From Negaprion brevirostris (lineage: Eukaryota), in NCBI GenBank assembly GCA_030324005.1, contig JARDVH010000143.1:40161470-40225469 (forward strand): DNA of 64,000 nt. Direction: 5' to 3'. A model generated the notes under the pieces. The model saw only the letters and a list, made by a program, of their open reading frames with translations, ran no database searches and was not told the DNA's origin. This document shows, piece by piece, positions 52,260 to 64,000 of the stretch. Position 1 is the stretch's first letter. The number at the start of each line of letters is the position of its first letter. Position numbers and translations under genes: made by a program.

Positions 52260-52935
52260 GTAAGTATAATTTGTAAATTTTAAATGTGCCAAAAATTCAT
52301 GTTCTGCTACCTGTTCCTATTGGTAGGATTAAATTTTGCAATCCAAATTGAGAGTTTATTTCCCCACAATTCTTTAAACAAGCCCAGGTTCGAACCGAGT
52401 TTAATTTGAATTTCATCCAGAAACTGAAAGTGAAGTATAGGCAGCATGCGCACCCAACCTTTATTGAATTAAATAATGAAGTATAGGTGAAAGTGATGTA
52501 GCAAATGTATTAATACATGGACTTTTCTAAAGGCTTTTAGTAAGTAGATTCAGGGCTAAGGAGTGAAGTCAGGACAAGTAGTAGAGCAGGAGTTAGGGGT
52601 TACTTGGACTGGCACAAGGTGGGAACTGGTGTGACAGGGTTCAACAACCGGTTTAGAATCAGCAGTATAAAATCCAAATTCGCAGGCGTCACCAAATTGA
52701 GAATAGTTGATACTGAGGAAAATACAAGACAACATAAACTTGTAAGATGGATGTTTAGATGTCAAATGAATTTTATTATAGATAAACATGAGGTGATGCA
52801 TTTTGTCAAGAAGAATAAGGGGACCAGTTATACCTAGAGTTTCAAATTTGAGTTTAAAAGTATCATAATAAGTAACCAGATAAAGAGCAGGGGATTGCAG
52901 TTTATTTCTCAGGAATAGAATTCGGAAGCTCAGAA

Positions 52936-53285
52936 GGATGGCACAGTAGTCAGCACTGCTGCCCCTCAGTGCCATGAATCTGGATTTGATTCCAGCCTTG
53001 AGTGACTGTCTGTGTGGGTTTTGCATGTTCTCTGTGTTTGCATGGATTTCCTTTGGTAGCTCCAGTTTCCCCCCTTCCCTCCACATTCCAAAGATGTGCA
53101 AGTTAGGACTATACTAAATTGCCTAGTTGTGCAGGTTTGGTGGGTTAGCCATGGAAAATGGGTGGGATTACAGAGGCAGAACAGAGGGTAGGGCATGGGT
53201 GACACATACTTGTAGAGAGTCAGTCCAGACTCATAGGGTGGCTCAGTGGGCCAATTGGCCTCTTTCTGCACTGTAGGGATTTTAT
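52936..53285 (+). mobile_element. HE1-like SINE inserted in an old CR1 remnant (about 52480-53410)
   Basis: ggatggcacagtagtcagcactgctgcc head, ttgattcc B box-like, ccaaagatgtgcaagttagg core, ctgcactgtagggatt tail. Confidence 0.75.
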
Positions 53286-53519
53286 AGTTTTAAGTTATGT
53301 TCAGCTTATACGGAACCTTGCTTTGACCATGCTTGAAGTACTGTGCTCAGATCTGGTCTCCATATCACAAAGTATACAGAATCAGTGGGAAAAAATGGAT
53401 CCAAGAATGACTTCTATGTAATATAAATTCTTTATTCATTGCAATAGTAAATAGGAAAATTAAGTAGGAATTAATTGTTTATTAAAATGGCCATTTTTTA
53501 TATAGTTGTAGTATCTTAG

Positions 53520-54300
53520 AATGATAACACAGGTGCTATTCAGGCAGATGTCTGTGCCAGCTCCCAGCTACTCCCACTCCCCCTCCCTTTGCTCGTAGCC
53601 ATGCAAACCTTTCCTGTTCAGGTGCTAATCTAAATCCCTTTGAAATCCGCAATTGAATCTGCCTCCACTAAATGCTTAAGCTTTGCATTCCAGAACCTAA
53701 CCACTCATTTTGGAGGTTTTTCCTCTTTTGTTATTCATCTTAAATCAGGGTCCTCTAGTTCTCACTAGTTTCTACTCTGTTCAGGCCTTTATGATTTTGA
53801 ATGCCCCAATCAAACCTCCCCTTAATCTTCTTTTCCATAAGGACAACAAACACAGCTTCTCCAATCTACCCATATAACTTAAGTTTCCCATCTCTAGAAC
53901 CACTGTTGTGAATCTTTTCTGTACCCTTTTTAAAGCCTTCAGTTCCTTCCTAAAGTATGGTGCCCAGAATTGGACGCACAATTCTCCAGTTAAGGCGGAG
54001 CATCATAATAAGGTGGATCCTCATGACCACCTTGTTTTTACTCTGTTATGCCTCTATTTGTGAAGCCCAAGGTCCTGTAATTCTGTTTAACCACTTTCAT
54101 AACCTGCCCTGCCAACTTAAAAGTTCTCTCCTTGATGTTTTACCACCTTTGAAATCATATCATTCATTTTATACTGTCTCTTCTTGTTCTTTCTGCCAGT
54201 ATGCATCATTTCCTATCTCTGCATTAAATTGTATCAGCCATATGTTGGCCCATTCCAACGAGCTATCTGTCTCCTTGAAGTCTATCCCTATCCTTTCTTA
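53520..54300 (-). mobile_element. Decayed CR1-type LINE 3' end
   Basis: CVQFWAPYFRKELKALKRVQKRFT...LSYMGRLEKL.L.SL.KRRLRG.LI.AFKIIK. Confidence 0.85.
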
Positions 54301-57300
54301 GTTCAATTGAGTTGCATAGCATAGATGTATTCAAGGGAAAGCAAAAAAAGTGAATGAAGTTGAAAGGAATAGAAAGATATGATGGGGTTCAGTGACTGAC
54401 AACATGGAGCAACTGGATTAAATGTGACTATTGAGTTGAAACCTACAGGATCCTGAATGGGGTTGATAGGGTAAATGTTGAGACATAGATTCCCCAACCA
54501 GCGGAAACAAAAACACGGGAGCACAGTAACNNNNNNNNNNNNNNNNNNNNNNNNNNNNNNNNNNNNNNNNNNNNNNNNNNNNNNNNNNNNNNNNNNNNNN
54601 NNNNNNNNNNNNNNNNNNNNNNNNNNNNNNNNNNNNNNNNNNNNNNNNNNNNNNNNNNNNNNNNNNNNNNNNNNNNNNNNNNNNNNNNNNNNNNNNNNNN
54701 NNNNNNNNNNNNNNNNNNNNNNCCCATGATTCAACCAAAGGGCTTGAAAGACTATATGGTTGTCTACTTCTATTTCTTGTGTTGCTGTGCATGCTATAGT
54801 AAATTTCAGTCTTAAAACTGATGCATAACATTTCAGGAAATATTTTTTCCTCCTCATTTATATGCCACGTGCTACATTTCTTGGCTTTTTTTATATAGGC
54901 TTTGGTTCCCCTTGGGCATTACAATGCCAATGCATTGTCACTTTTTCTACAGCATGCACTCTTTAGCCTTTGCAAACCAGAGTTCATCACCATGCTTTCC
55001 AAGATAGTTGACAAAATTGCCCAAAATAAGTAAGTGTAAACAAAGTGCTAAAATGGCATCCTATCATAAATCAAGGGCACATCAAAACCTATTTGGCCAG
55101 CCACATTGATATTCCTCCCCATATTCCAGAGTTCCTCAAAACTGCTTAACCTCTGTACTCAACTGAAGAAGATTAAAAGGTAGTTAACTTCATTGTGAAT
55201 TTCGAATCACATGAAGATATTTGTGATCTCACAAAACCTATGGATCCTGCAGGTATTATATAGACCTGCAGCTAGCAGTCCACTTGATTAATTACTGTTT
55301 AGATAAACTGTTTTGTTTACTTTGAAACACAATCTGATCATTGATTAGAGTTCAAGGTTCTCTTAGTGATCACACCATATGTATACCTTTAATTATATAT
55401 AGTTTGTGGAGTTCAGCGCCATAAATGAAAAATGAATGGATTCAGAGGGCTATTTTCCATGTACAAGGACCACATGGCTACCAATTATTTAAACTAAGTT
55501 GGTTATTTTCAGCAGTATCTACTTTTGGGGACTTGAATGGCAATTCTCAGGGCACATTGCTTATTTTGCTGTTGCTTTTGATTTAACTAATACTTTATGT
55601 GAAGTTTTAATGGCCTTTTACGTATGTAATTTACCCTGGCTGACTCTGAAAACTTTTCCATCTTTGCTTTAATACAATGCTGTGTGTAAAATAGCTTTCT
55701 AAAACAATGACATTTTTTTTTAAAACTTCAGTTGTTGAAAATGTTCCCTAAACACTAGAATCTTCAAACAGCTTGGCAGTTCTGATGGTATTCTGTGCTA
55801 CTTTAATAGTGGTACAGTTCTGAGTGCATGTTTAAATGTCTCCCCGTTTAATTCAAATTAAGGTGCTACTTTATAGAGGAGGCTTATGATTTCAAACTTC
55901 TTCCCATTTTCTCTATAAGAAAGCTACTCAAGGAAAATTGTTCAAAAGGTACCTGGTATATCTGATGAAGTTGGAGGATGAATTCATGAAGTGCTTTGTG
56001 GGTTTGAATACTCTGCCTTTAATTTGTGTAACAGTTTATTAGGATAGGGAAACCTTATTTGTGCGAGTACCATATGTTCAGGCAATATGCAAATATCTAT
56101 TGTCCTTTAACCACACCAGACTCTGAAGATGTCAGAGTTAGGAAGTTGCAGTGAAAATTCACAATTATTTATTTGCAAAGCATAGCTATTGCTTGAGGAC
56201 TCTAATTGTATGCCGCTTGACAAGTAGTAAACACTAACTGATCAGTTTTCTTCCCTACCACGCCCCCAACCATTCATGACACCATCCCCAACTTTTTCCT
56301 GTTACTCTTCTGTGACAGTATGTTCTCTGTTTTTCCACAATGATGTGTGGGCCAATGCAGGCGTGCTGGTCTTATTCCGCAATGCTAGTGCCATTGTTGG
56401 TGAGGAATGTAAATATCGATCACTGAGACCTGGATACCGAGAATACTGCTATTTTCTTTGCTAAGCCTAATTCACTGAGCACAGACCAAGAGTTGAATCC
56501 AGACTCAGTAGATTTCACTACAGAACCATATGTGTTTACTCAGTGGAAACCTTCAATATTTTTCAGTGTTCCAGACTTAAGAGCCCACACAAAATATGGT
56601 ATAAATTCTCGAGCAATGTTTTATTTACTTTTCTAACAGTGCGACTGTATGATAAACTCAAACTATCCTACACTCACCATATTCACAATAAATAGAAACA
56701 GGATATGCACAAACATTGCTGCTGATAGTGATGTAAATTGCCATCTCGTTTTTACATTGAACAGTGATCTCTTGTTGCACAATCTGTTCACATTGTAATG
56801 TTTCACTTAGATTGCACAAGATGTTGATCACACAGGGAACAGTAAACATTTTATAATTCAAGAAAGGATATGGAAGATGAGCTAACAGCTTGGTAGTTGC
56901 CAGTAATGATAACTATTAATTGATATATAATGCCACCTCATTTTTGTTTTTTTAATAGACCAGCCTTTTAAGCACAAGGAGCATGGATTTTTTGTAGTGC
57001 ACATACTTAAATGAGTATGCACATAAAGGATAAACTGTACAGATATTAAGGAAACTTTGATGTTTGTGTCTATCTGTGCAACATAAAACAAATTTATGTT
57101 ATGAATTTTATTGTCTCATAAAGGTTACCCTATTACCTGGGGTTCAAAATGGTCCTCAAGCCCTCATGAGGACCAAAGAAAGGGAAATGAGAACCAAGGT
57201 AAAACATCACCCCTGCTTATGACAGACCTGTTTCTTTCTCTGCAGTGTTTATCAGTTGAATTTGGTTGTTTATGTAAAAATTTCCACAGGATGCTTGTGG

Positions 57301-58284
57301 ATTAAAAACATAATGTTTCACCAAGGATATCTTAGAATATTATTTTAGCAATTGTCCATTGTACCAGATGAAATTTATTGTGTAAGGAAGTGACACCCTT
57401 TGTTCAAATTTGGGCAGCTGGGTGAGATGCAAGTTATCTTTACTGGCCTTTAAATGTCTGACATGACGTGGTTAACAGCTTCAATCCATTGTCTAATGGA
57501 TAAGGAGTCAAAACAGACTGTTGGTCCTCAGTTGGCACTAAATCAGTAATCTTATTGAAGACCAGAAAATGGCAGGTGTCAAAACTGGGATATGTCAGTT
57601 ATGTAGTAGGGAGTAATCTTATGTTAGTCTGAAGATTATAACGTGCATATCCTGGAAATGTTTAATGCTGGGTACCCAAGAAGAGAAAATGTTCAGTTTA
57701 TCAGCAGAAATAACTGTCATTTTGAGTAAATGCCAGTACTGGAGCAGCTGGAGTATTCTATTGTCAACAACTAAAATGCTTTTGTCATTGTCATATTCTT
57801 TGCGTATAGTGAGAAAACAGGACTGAGATGGAAATTAGTAAATCCAATTCCAATTTTCTTTCTTCTTTCACTGGTCCTTTTTGGAGCCTATTCATATCCA
57901 TTACAAATAAGTTAATGTTCTGTGCTACCTTCAGTGTTAGCCTTGATAATACATGAAAATTTAATTCCCAGATGCGTCAGAAGTGTGAAATTAAAAAATT
58001 CTAATGTCAGTGCTTTGGGTCTGTAAAGGTATTGCTAAACACACATTAAAACAAATGCATCCCTCTATGTACCTCCATTGTCTTGAGATTTAGCTACTTG
58101 ATGATGTAGAGAAATACAACTAAAGTCCATTGCTGTAAATCCAATTTATGATGCAAGTTGTCAGGAGCATAGTTTCTCCAAATTAAAGGAGTGTGTGATA
58201 GTAAGAGAAAGTGAATGCTGAATGAGAAATAGACATCAAGTTGACATGGCATGTTTATGCATAACCATTAACCTGGCAATTCTG

Positions 58285-58665
58285 GTGTCAAGCTTGGCTC
58301 AGTGTTGGCACCTTTTGTTTCAAGTCAGAAGGTGGTGGGTTGATGCCTATCCTAAAGACATGAGCACATAATCTAGGCTGACACTTCAGTGTAATAGAGA
58401 GGAACAGTTGCACAGTCTTTTGGCTCAGACGTTATACTGAAGCTCCATCTGTTGCCTCAGGTAGATGTAAATGATTCTGTTGCATTAATTTACAAGAACA
58501 GAATAGCATCATGTTGAATATTTGTCCCTCAACCAATCCTAAAAGATTATTTGGCCATTTATCTCATTGTTATTTGTGAAACCTTGTGCGCATATTGTCT
58601 GCATTTATCTACACTTAAATTATTCAAATATCTAAGGTTATGAAAGGCCCTATATAAATACAATT
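58285..58665 (+). mobile_element. Deu-type tRNA-SINE, near full length
   Basis: cttggctcagtgttggcac head, agtcagaaggtggtgggttg, tgagcacataatctaggctgacacttcagtg, tail gaaaggccctatataaatacaa. Confidence 0.65.
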
Positions 58666-59651
58666 TATGGTTTTCATTCAGGAATGAAGCCTACGCAAGT
58701 TGATATCTTTCTGGTTTGAGATATGGTTTGTATGTGGGCACTGTAGTTTGTCAGTTGCTAATACTCTATGTAGTATGAGTGTGTACATGCATGGAAAGAC
58801 TTGAATAGTGTAGGAAAGCACAGATGTTTTTGTGACATACTGGTATTTTGGTGGGGGCCAGTTGGCTGTAAGGCTCACATATAGATTATTTTAGAGCTAG
58901 ATTTGGGATCTGCCTACTTGTCCTGCCCCTGAGAGCAAACTACCACTGACAAAAATTGTCAAATGAAATGAGTAAAAATGAAGCATCATTTGACAGTGAG
59001 CCAAGGACCTGTCTTCAGGCAAAGCACACTCAGCATGCTGATATTGTAAACTAAACAGATTTACCACTATAAGACTTTACACATATGATGGTGAATATTG
59101 TACAATTATAAAATAATTACTGAGAAAAGGTTGTTTCCCTTATTCTACTGCTGTAGTCAATATCTACATAGACATGAAATAGAACATGCCTCTGGGTTCC
59201 ATCTTGTGAAAACAGAAGATTTTAAAATCTGATGAATGTTATTTTGAGGATCTTGTATACATTAAACACATTTTCAAGGATAGTTCCTCTTTCGCAAGTA
59301 GATTTTGCATGCAGACTGTAACAAATCAAATAATTTGTCTCAATGTTCTGAAGATGTTCACTTGCAAGAATTTGGTTTAACAGGGTTTAGGAGCCCTCTG
59401 TTTTTTCACCTAGTGAATGTTTGGGAGTTTAGACAGTGAGTGTTAGTGGGCTGTTGGAGGTTCACAGCTGACGTCTATTCAAGCAAAATTTATTGCAGTG
59501 ATCATTTGACTGCCAGGCACGACCCTTGGCTCATGTCCCACATTCGCTCCCAAAGCCTAAGAGTGTTAAGCTCAAGAATTCAGCTCCTCTCTAGGCTGAG
59601 ATCAGCTAACATAGAATAAATTGGGGATTTGAAGGTCTGAATGGGTTTGTA

Positions 59652-59890
59652 ATGATGTGGAGATGCTGGCGTTGGACAGAGATAAACACAGTAATAAGTC
59701 TCTCAACACCAGGTTAAAGTCCAACCAATTTATTTGATAGTAAACTCAAGCTTTCGGGGTTTGCCCCTTCGTCAGGTCAAACCCCGAAAGCTTGTGAGTT
59801 TACTATCAAATAAATTGGTTGGACTTTAATCTGGTGTTGTGAGACTTCTTACTGTGTTTACCCCAGTCCAACGCCGGATCTCAACATCAT
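59652..59890. mobile_element. ~240-bp palindromic Penelope-like remnant with a hammerhead core
   Basis: Arms 59652-59763 / 59778-59890 are largely reverse complements; minus strand reads CTGACGA-A-GGGG-CAAA-CCCC-GAAA-GCTT. Confidence 0.75.
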
Positions 59891-60592
59891 GACTACTTGC
59901 CTTCACACAAAGAAGAAAGTTGTCTCCTGGAAATCCACCTTCTGGTCTCAGTGACAGAGATGTGTGGCTTGGAGATGCTGGTGTCCCTAAGTATCTGCTG
60001 CCTTTGTCCATCTAGGTGGTAGAGGTCATGGGATTGGAAAGTGCTGTCAAAGGAGCCTTGAGGTTTTGCTGCATCTTGTAGATGGTCCACAATGCTGCCA
60101 CTGTGTCAGTGGTGGAGAGGGTGGCTATTGAAGTTGGTGGATGGGGTCTCTTGTGGTTGTACTGGGTCAGCTTGGCTAAGTTGTTGAGCACAAGTCTTTA
60201 ATGCTATTGTTGGAATATTGTCAGGACCCACAGCATTTGCAGTATCCAGTATTCTCTGAAATCATGGAGTGAATTGAATTGGACTAATAATCCAGTAATC
60301 AATAAATGTAATCAGATCATAAAATCCCAGTTTGTTTGCTCATATCCTTCAGGAATGTTGTTCCAAAGACTCAAATCTCAAAAAAATTCTCATCTCTTTT
60401 AAATGGGATACTCATTTTAAACAGATTCTCCTCTTCACATCCATCCTGTCATGACACATCAGGATTGTTGTCCAGTTCAGGGTATCTCTATGACCTTGTG
60501 GACTCGCGTGACATATATAAAATAATTTCATGTAGGTACTTCTTTGTGAATCAGGCAAAAGGACTACACATACGAGACAGCAGTCCATGAAA

Positions 60593-61357
60593 CAATCCCC
60601 CCTCATCCTTCTAAATTCTAACAAGTACAGACCCAGTCTATTTAGTCTCTCTTCATAGGCCAACCCCCTCATCTCCAGTATCAGCCGAGTGAACCTCCTC
60701 TGCACTCCTTCCAAGGCTAATATATCCTTCCATAAGTGTGGCAACCAAAACTGCACACAGTACTCCAGCTGCAACCTCACCAGTGCCCTGTACAGTTGCA
60801 GCAAAACCTCCCTGCTTTTATATTCTATCTCCTTCACTATAAAGGCTAGCATTCCATTCGCCTTCTTGATCACCTGCAGACTGGGTTTTTGCGACTCGTG
60901 CACAAGGATCCCCAGGTCCCTCTGCACCGTAGCATGCTGTGATTTTTCACCATTTAAATAATAGTCCCATGTGACTGAACCTTATCGATTAGGCTGCCAT
61001 GCGGGATCTTGTCAAAGTCCTTGCTAAAGTCCATATAAACAACACCTACTCCCCTACCCTCTTGGTTATCTCTGAAAAATTCTAAAAGGTTCATCAGACA
61101 TGATTTCCCACGCACAAAACCATCCTGACTATCCCTAATCAGATCTTGACTATCCAAATGTTGATAGATCCTGTCTCTCAGAATCCCCTCCAGTAACTTA
61201 CCCACCGCTGATATCAGGCTCATTGGCCTGTAATTCCCTGTTTTCTCTTTGCTATCCTTCTTAAACAATGGAACAGTATTCGCCACCCTCCAACCTTCTG
61301 GAACTTCACCAATAGAAGGAGATGAAGCAAATATCTCTGCAAGGGCATTTACAATTT
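60593..61357 (-). mobile_element. CR1-type LINE RT fragments with an internal deletion (junction about 60960)
   Basis: PLFKK..KEKTGNYRPMSLIS.VGKLLE...YMDFSKDFDKIPH and QRDLGILVH...YCVQFWLPHLWKDI.ALEGVQRRFTRLI. Confidence 0.9.
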
Positions 61358-61737
61358 CTTTTTATTTATTATTCATTCATGGGATGAATGGGACATGGGT
61401 GTCGCTGGCTGACCAACATTTATTGCCCATCCCCCATTGCCTTTGGAGGGCAGTTGAGAGTCAACCACATTGCTGTGGATCTGGACTCACATGTAGGCCA
61501 GGCCGAGTAAGGACGGCAGATTTCCTTCCCTAAAGGACACAGTGAATCAGATGGGTTTTTTTGACAATCCACAATGGTTTCATGATCATCAATAGATTCT
61601 TAATTCCAGATTTATTTTTTGCTGAATTCAAATTCCACCGTCTGCCTTGGCAGGATTTGAACCCAGGTCCCCAGAACATTGGTTGAGTTTCTGGATTAAC
61701 TGTCTAGTGATCATACCCTTAGGCCGTCATCTCCCTC
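61358..61737 (-). mobile_element. Full-length tRNA-derived SINE nested in a CR1 LINE
   Basis: Minus strand: ggagatgacggcctaagggtatg head, gggttcaaatcc B box, A-rich tail; LINE-like sequence resumes at about 61738. Confidence 0.8.
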
Positions 61738-62494
61738 CTTCCCTAGCCTCCTACAAGATCTAAGGATGCATTTGGTGCAATTTAAATCAAGTGCGCTCCA
61801 GAACACCAAAAAAACAGAAACTCTGTAAACAAACTCCAACTAACTCCTTTCCAAACTCTGATTTACTCACTTTACCAAGATTCCGTCCACTCTAGATCTG
61901 GAAATCTTGAAAAACAAAAAGGTTGCTTGACCAAATGGCCCAACCATGAAAGTGAGATGGGTGGGATCATACGGGGAAACGGTGCCAATTGATTTGAGAT
62001 ACAGATCATTCATGATTTGATGATTTAGAACAAGTTGCTGGGCTGAATGGCCCACTCCTGTTCCTATGTTCCTAATGACAGTAATGAGAGGAGAGCTTTA
62101 ATTCTTTGTGTTTTGAGCAAAGTTTGCTGTTTAAATGGCCTGAATTGGCCCTTTAATTATGGTCAGGTGTGCTTCCAACTTCCACATGAGCCACAGACGA
62201 AAATATCATGAGGTGGCACGATCGCACCCCACTTCTCGAAGGATTGGGACTGTTCCGTGCCCACTCTGTGAATGTTAAATTGAGGCCATGGGGTTGTTTA
62301 GGTGTTTCAGTTCATTGCATCAGTTCTCAGTGACCCACCTGATGGGTGAAACAGACTGCTCTTGACTGCTTCTGCTTTTAGACAAACATATGCTTTGCAT
62401 TGCATGTGTTCAGAAGATTGAGGAGTGATTTAAATGAAGTACTTAAACTAACTAAGGGATTCAATAGGCTAGGCACAGGGAAACGATGACATAG

Positions 62495-62685
62495 GTTCAT
62501 TAATGTCCTTTAGTGGAGGAAATTAGCCATCCTTACCTGGTCTGGCACGAGAGACACGGCAATGGGGTTGGCTCTTAACAACCCTCTGAAATGGTCCAGC
62601 AAGCCACTCGGTTCAGGGGCAATTAGGGGTGGGGGCAACAAATGTTGGCCTTACCAACAACGCACACATCTCACAAAAATAAAAA
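62495..62685 (+). mobile_element. 3' half of a SINE (61358 family)
   Basis: ggttcattaatgtcctttag...ccttacctggtctggc...ggggcaattagggg...aaatgttggcc...A-rich tail. Confidence 0.65.
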
Positions 62686-62719
62686 ATTACCTCAAAATAG
62701 GAAATCCAGAACAAGAGGG

Positions 62720-63163
62720 GAACATTGTGGAGGCAATTCTCCCAGCCCACTGCCCTGCTGTGCAGGTGGTGGGGGGGGATCGAGGCGGGCTGGGGGGAAG
62801 CCGTCCAGGAGGCCAGCGCTCGGGGGGTTGGGGGGCAGGGTGGACGGGGTCCACATGGTCAGTGATAAGGGGTCACAGAGCTGGCTAGTGATCGGCAGGC
62901 TGACCGTGCGGGGCTACTGCGTAATGTGCCGATCTCAGCTCTGACAGATCGGTGCCTGTGCTGTGACCCGCTGAGCACTATACTGCTGGCCTCTCTAGTG
63001 GGTATAGGGCCGCCACCTCCAGCTTTTCATTGTGATTCATGCTGGGGCACTCTGTGATGCACAGAGTATGGGAGATTCATTTCGAAAATCTCGTTGAAAA
63101 AACAATGATTTACTCCAGTTTTTACGCAGATTCTTAGAATTTTTTTGGGAGAACCCCAGCCCT
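62720..63163. mobile_element. GC-rich non-autonomous element, probably related to 38897-39273
   Basis: Terminus ...ttttttgggagaaccccagccc resembles the gggggtgaacttaccaaaaaaa start at 38897; CpG-rich interior. Confidence 0.4.
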
Positions 63164-64000
63164 TCTAATTAGAGTGAGGCTTAACTAAGAGTGGATCAGG
63201 AGGCCCTTTTTCATACAAAGAGGTAGTGGAAACTTGGCACTCTCTTCCCAAAAGTTTATGGATGTTGTGGAAATACCATGACTGAAATCAATAGTGTTTT
63301 GTCATCCGTGGACATGGATACAAATGATTTGAGTTACAGGGCCAAATGGCCCATTCCTGTTCCTATGTTCCTAATGACTGTAACTAGGTTTAATTCCTTG
63401 TGTTGAGAAAACTTTGAAGATTGCTGTTTCCAAATTCCAAGTTGCATCAGAGGAACCACCATGAGTGGATTAAACACTATTTTCTGTTTTTATTCTTTTG
63501 AAGCTTCAGAATATGATGTTTGACTGATCAAAACTTTCACATACCTTTTAGGAGTGAATCAAAATGGGTTACATATTTGATGTCAACTGAGTGGACCTCT
63601 CTGGGGGGAGAAAATGAGGCTCGATTGTTCAGCCTCTACATTTCTTAAGTGTGTGTTATCGAGCCTCAAAGCACACTCCCAAGCATCTGGTATTGTTTTA
63701 CATAACAAGAAAGAATGACTTGGATGTATGTAGTCCCTGCTCACAACTCTCAGAAGTATCCTGAAATGTTTCATGCAGAATGAATTACTTTAGAAACGCA
63801 TTGTGTGCTGTTCTGAAGACAACACAGTCGTCATTTGGTTGAGATTTTCTGGTAATCACTGCCAACGATAGCATGAGAAACCCGGCAGTAATAATGTCCG
63901 GTAACAATTGTTAAACGTTTGGGGGAAGCTGCAGCCAGCAAAGGAATTGGCCAAGAACACCTTTCCTATACCACCACCCACACCCCCTGCCAACAAAATT

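Noticed and set aside
55639-55653. gct gac tct gaa (ADSE) as the start of the terminal TRIM33 exon
   Set aside because: No AG acceptor directly upstream, and the sequence does not continue as VAQAG.
60412-61286. Reverse-transcriptase-like ORFs as a novel RT system
   Set aside because: Ordinary broken CR1-type LINE ORF2 fragments with deletions and no intact catalytic region.
1-64000. CRISPR array, operon or other prokaryotic-type system
   Set aside because: No regularly spaced repeats or dense ORFs; the sequence is spliced vertebrate gene DNA.

Overview
Eukaryotic, AT-rich vertebrate genomic DNA; the repeat content (CR1/L2-type LINEs, HE1-like and Deu-type tRNA-SINEs, Penelope-like tails) suggests a shark or other chondrichthyan (inference). 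The whole window lies inside one + strand multi-exon gene, TRIM33 (TIF1-gamma). I can trace 14 consecutive GT-AG coding exons (12656-52259, 2224 nt, about 741 codons, frame-consistent) encoding the coiled-coil, the Q/P-rich middle region, the PHD finger and most of the bromodomain. The RING/B-box exons and the terminal exon appear to lie outside the window. Introns are filled with decayed LINEs, SINEs and MITE-like elements plus many N gaps, often exactly 100 N next to young LINE tails. Most ORF-track entries are spurious. I found no convincing new multi-gene system. The best leads are: palindromic Penelope-like remnants carrying hammerhead-ribozyme cores (one with a 14-bp TSD); a perfect 74-bp nested inverted duplication; a TRIM24-like Ala where human TRIM33 has the bromodomain pocket Glu; inverted young LINE tails bracketing exons; and several splice-site oddities.
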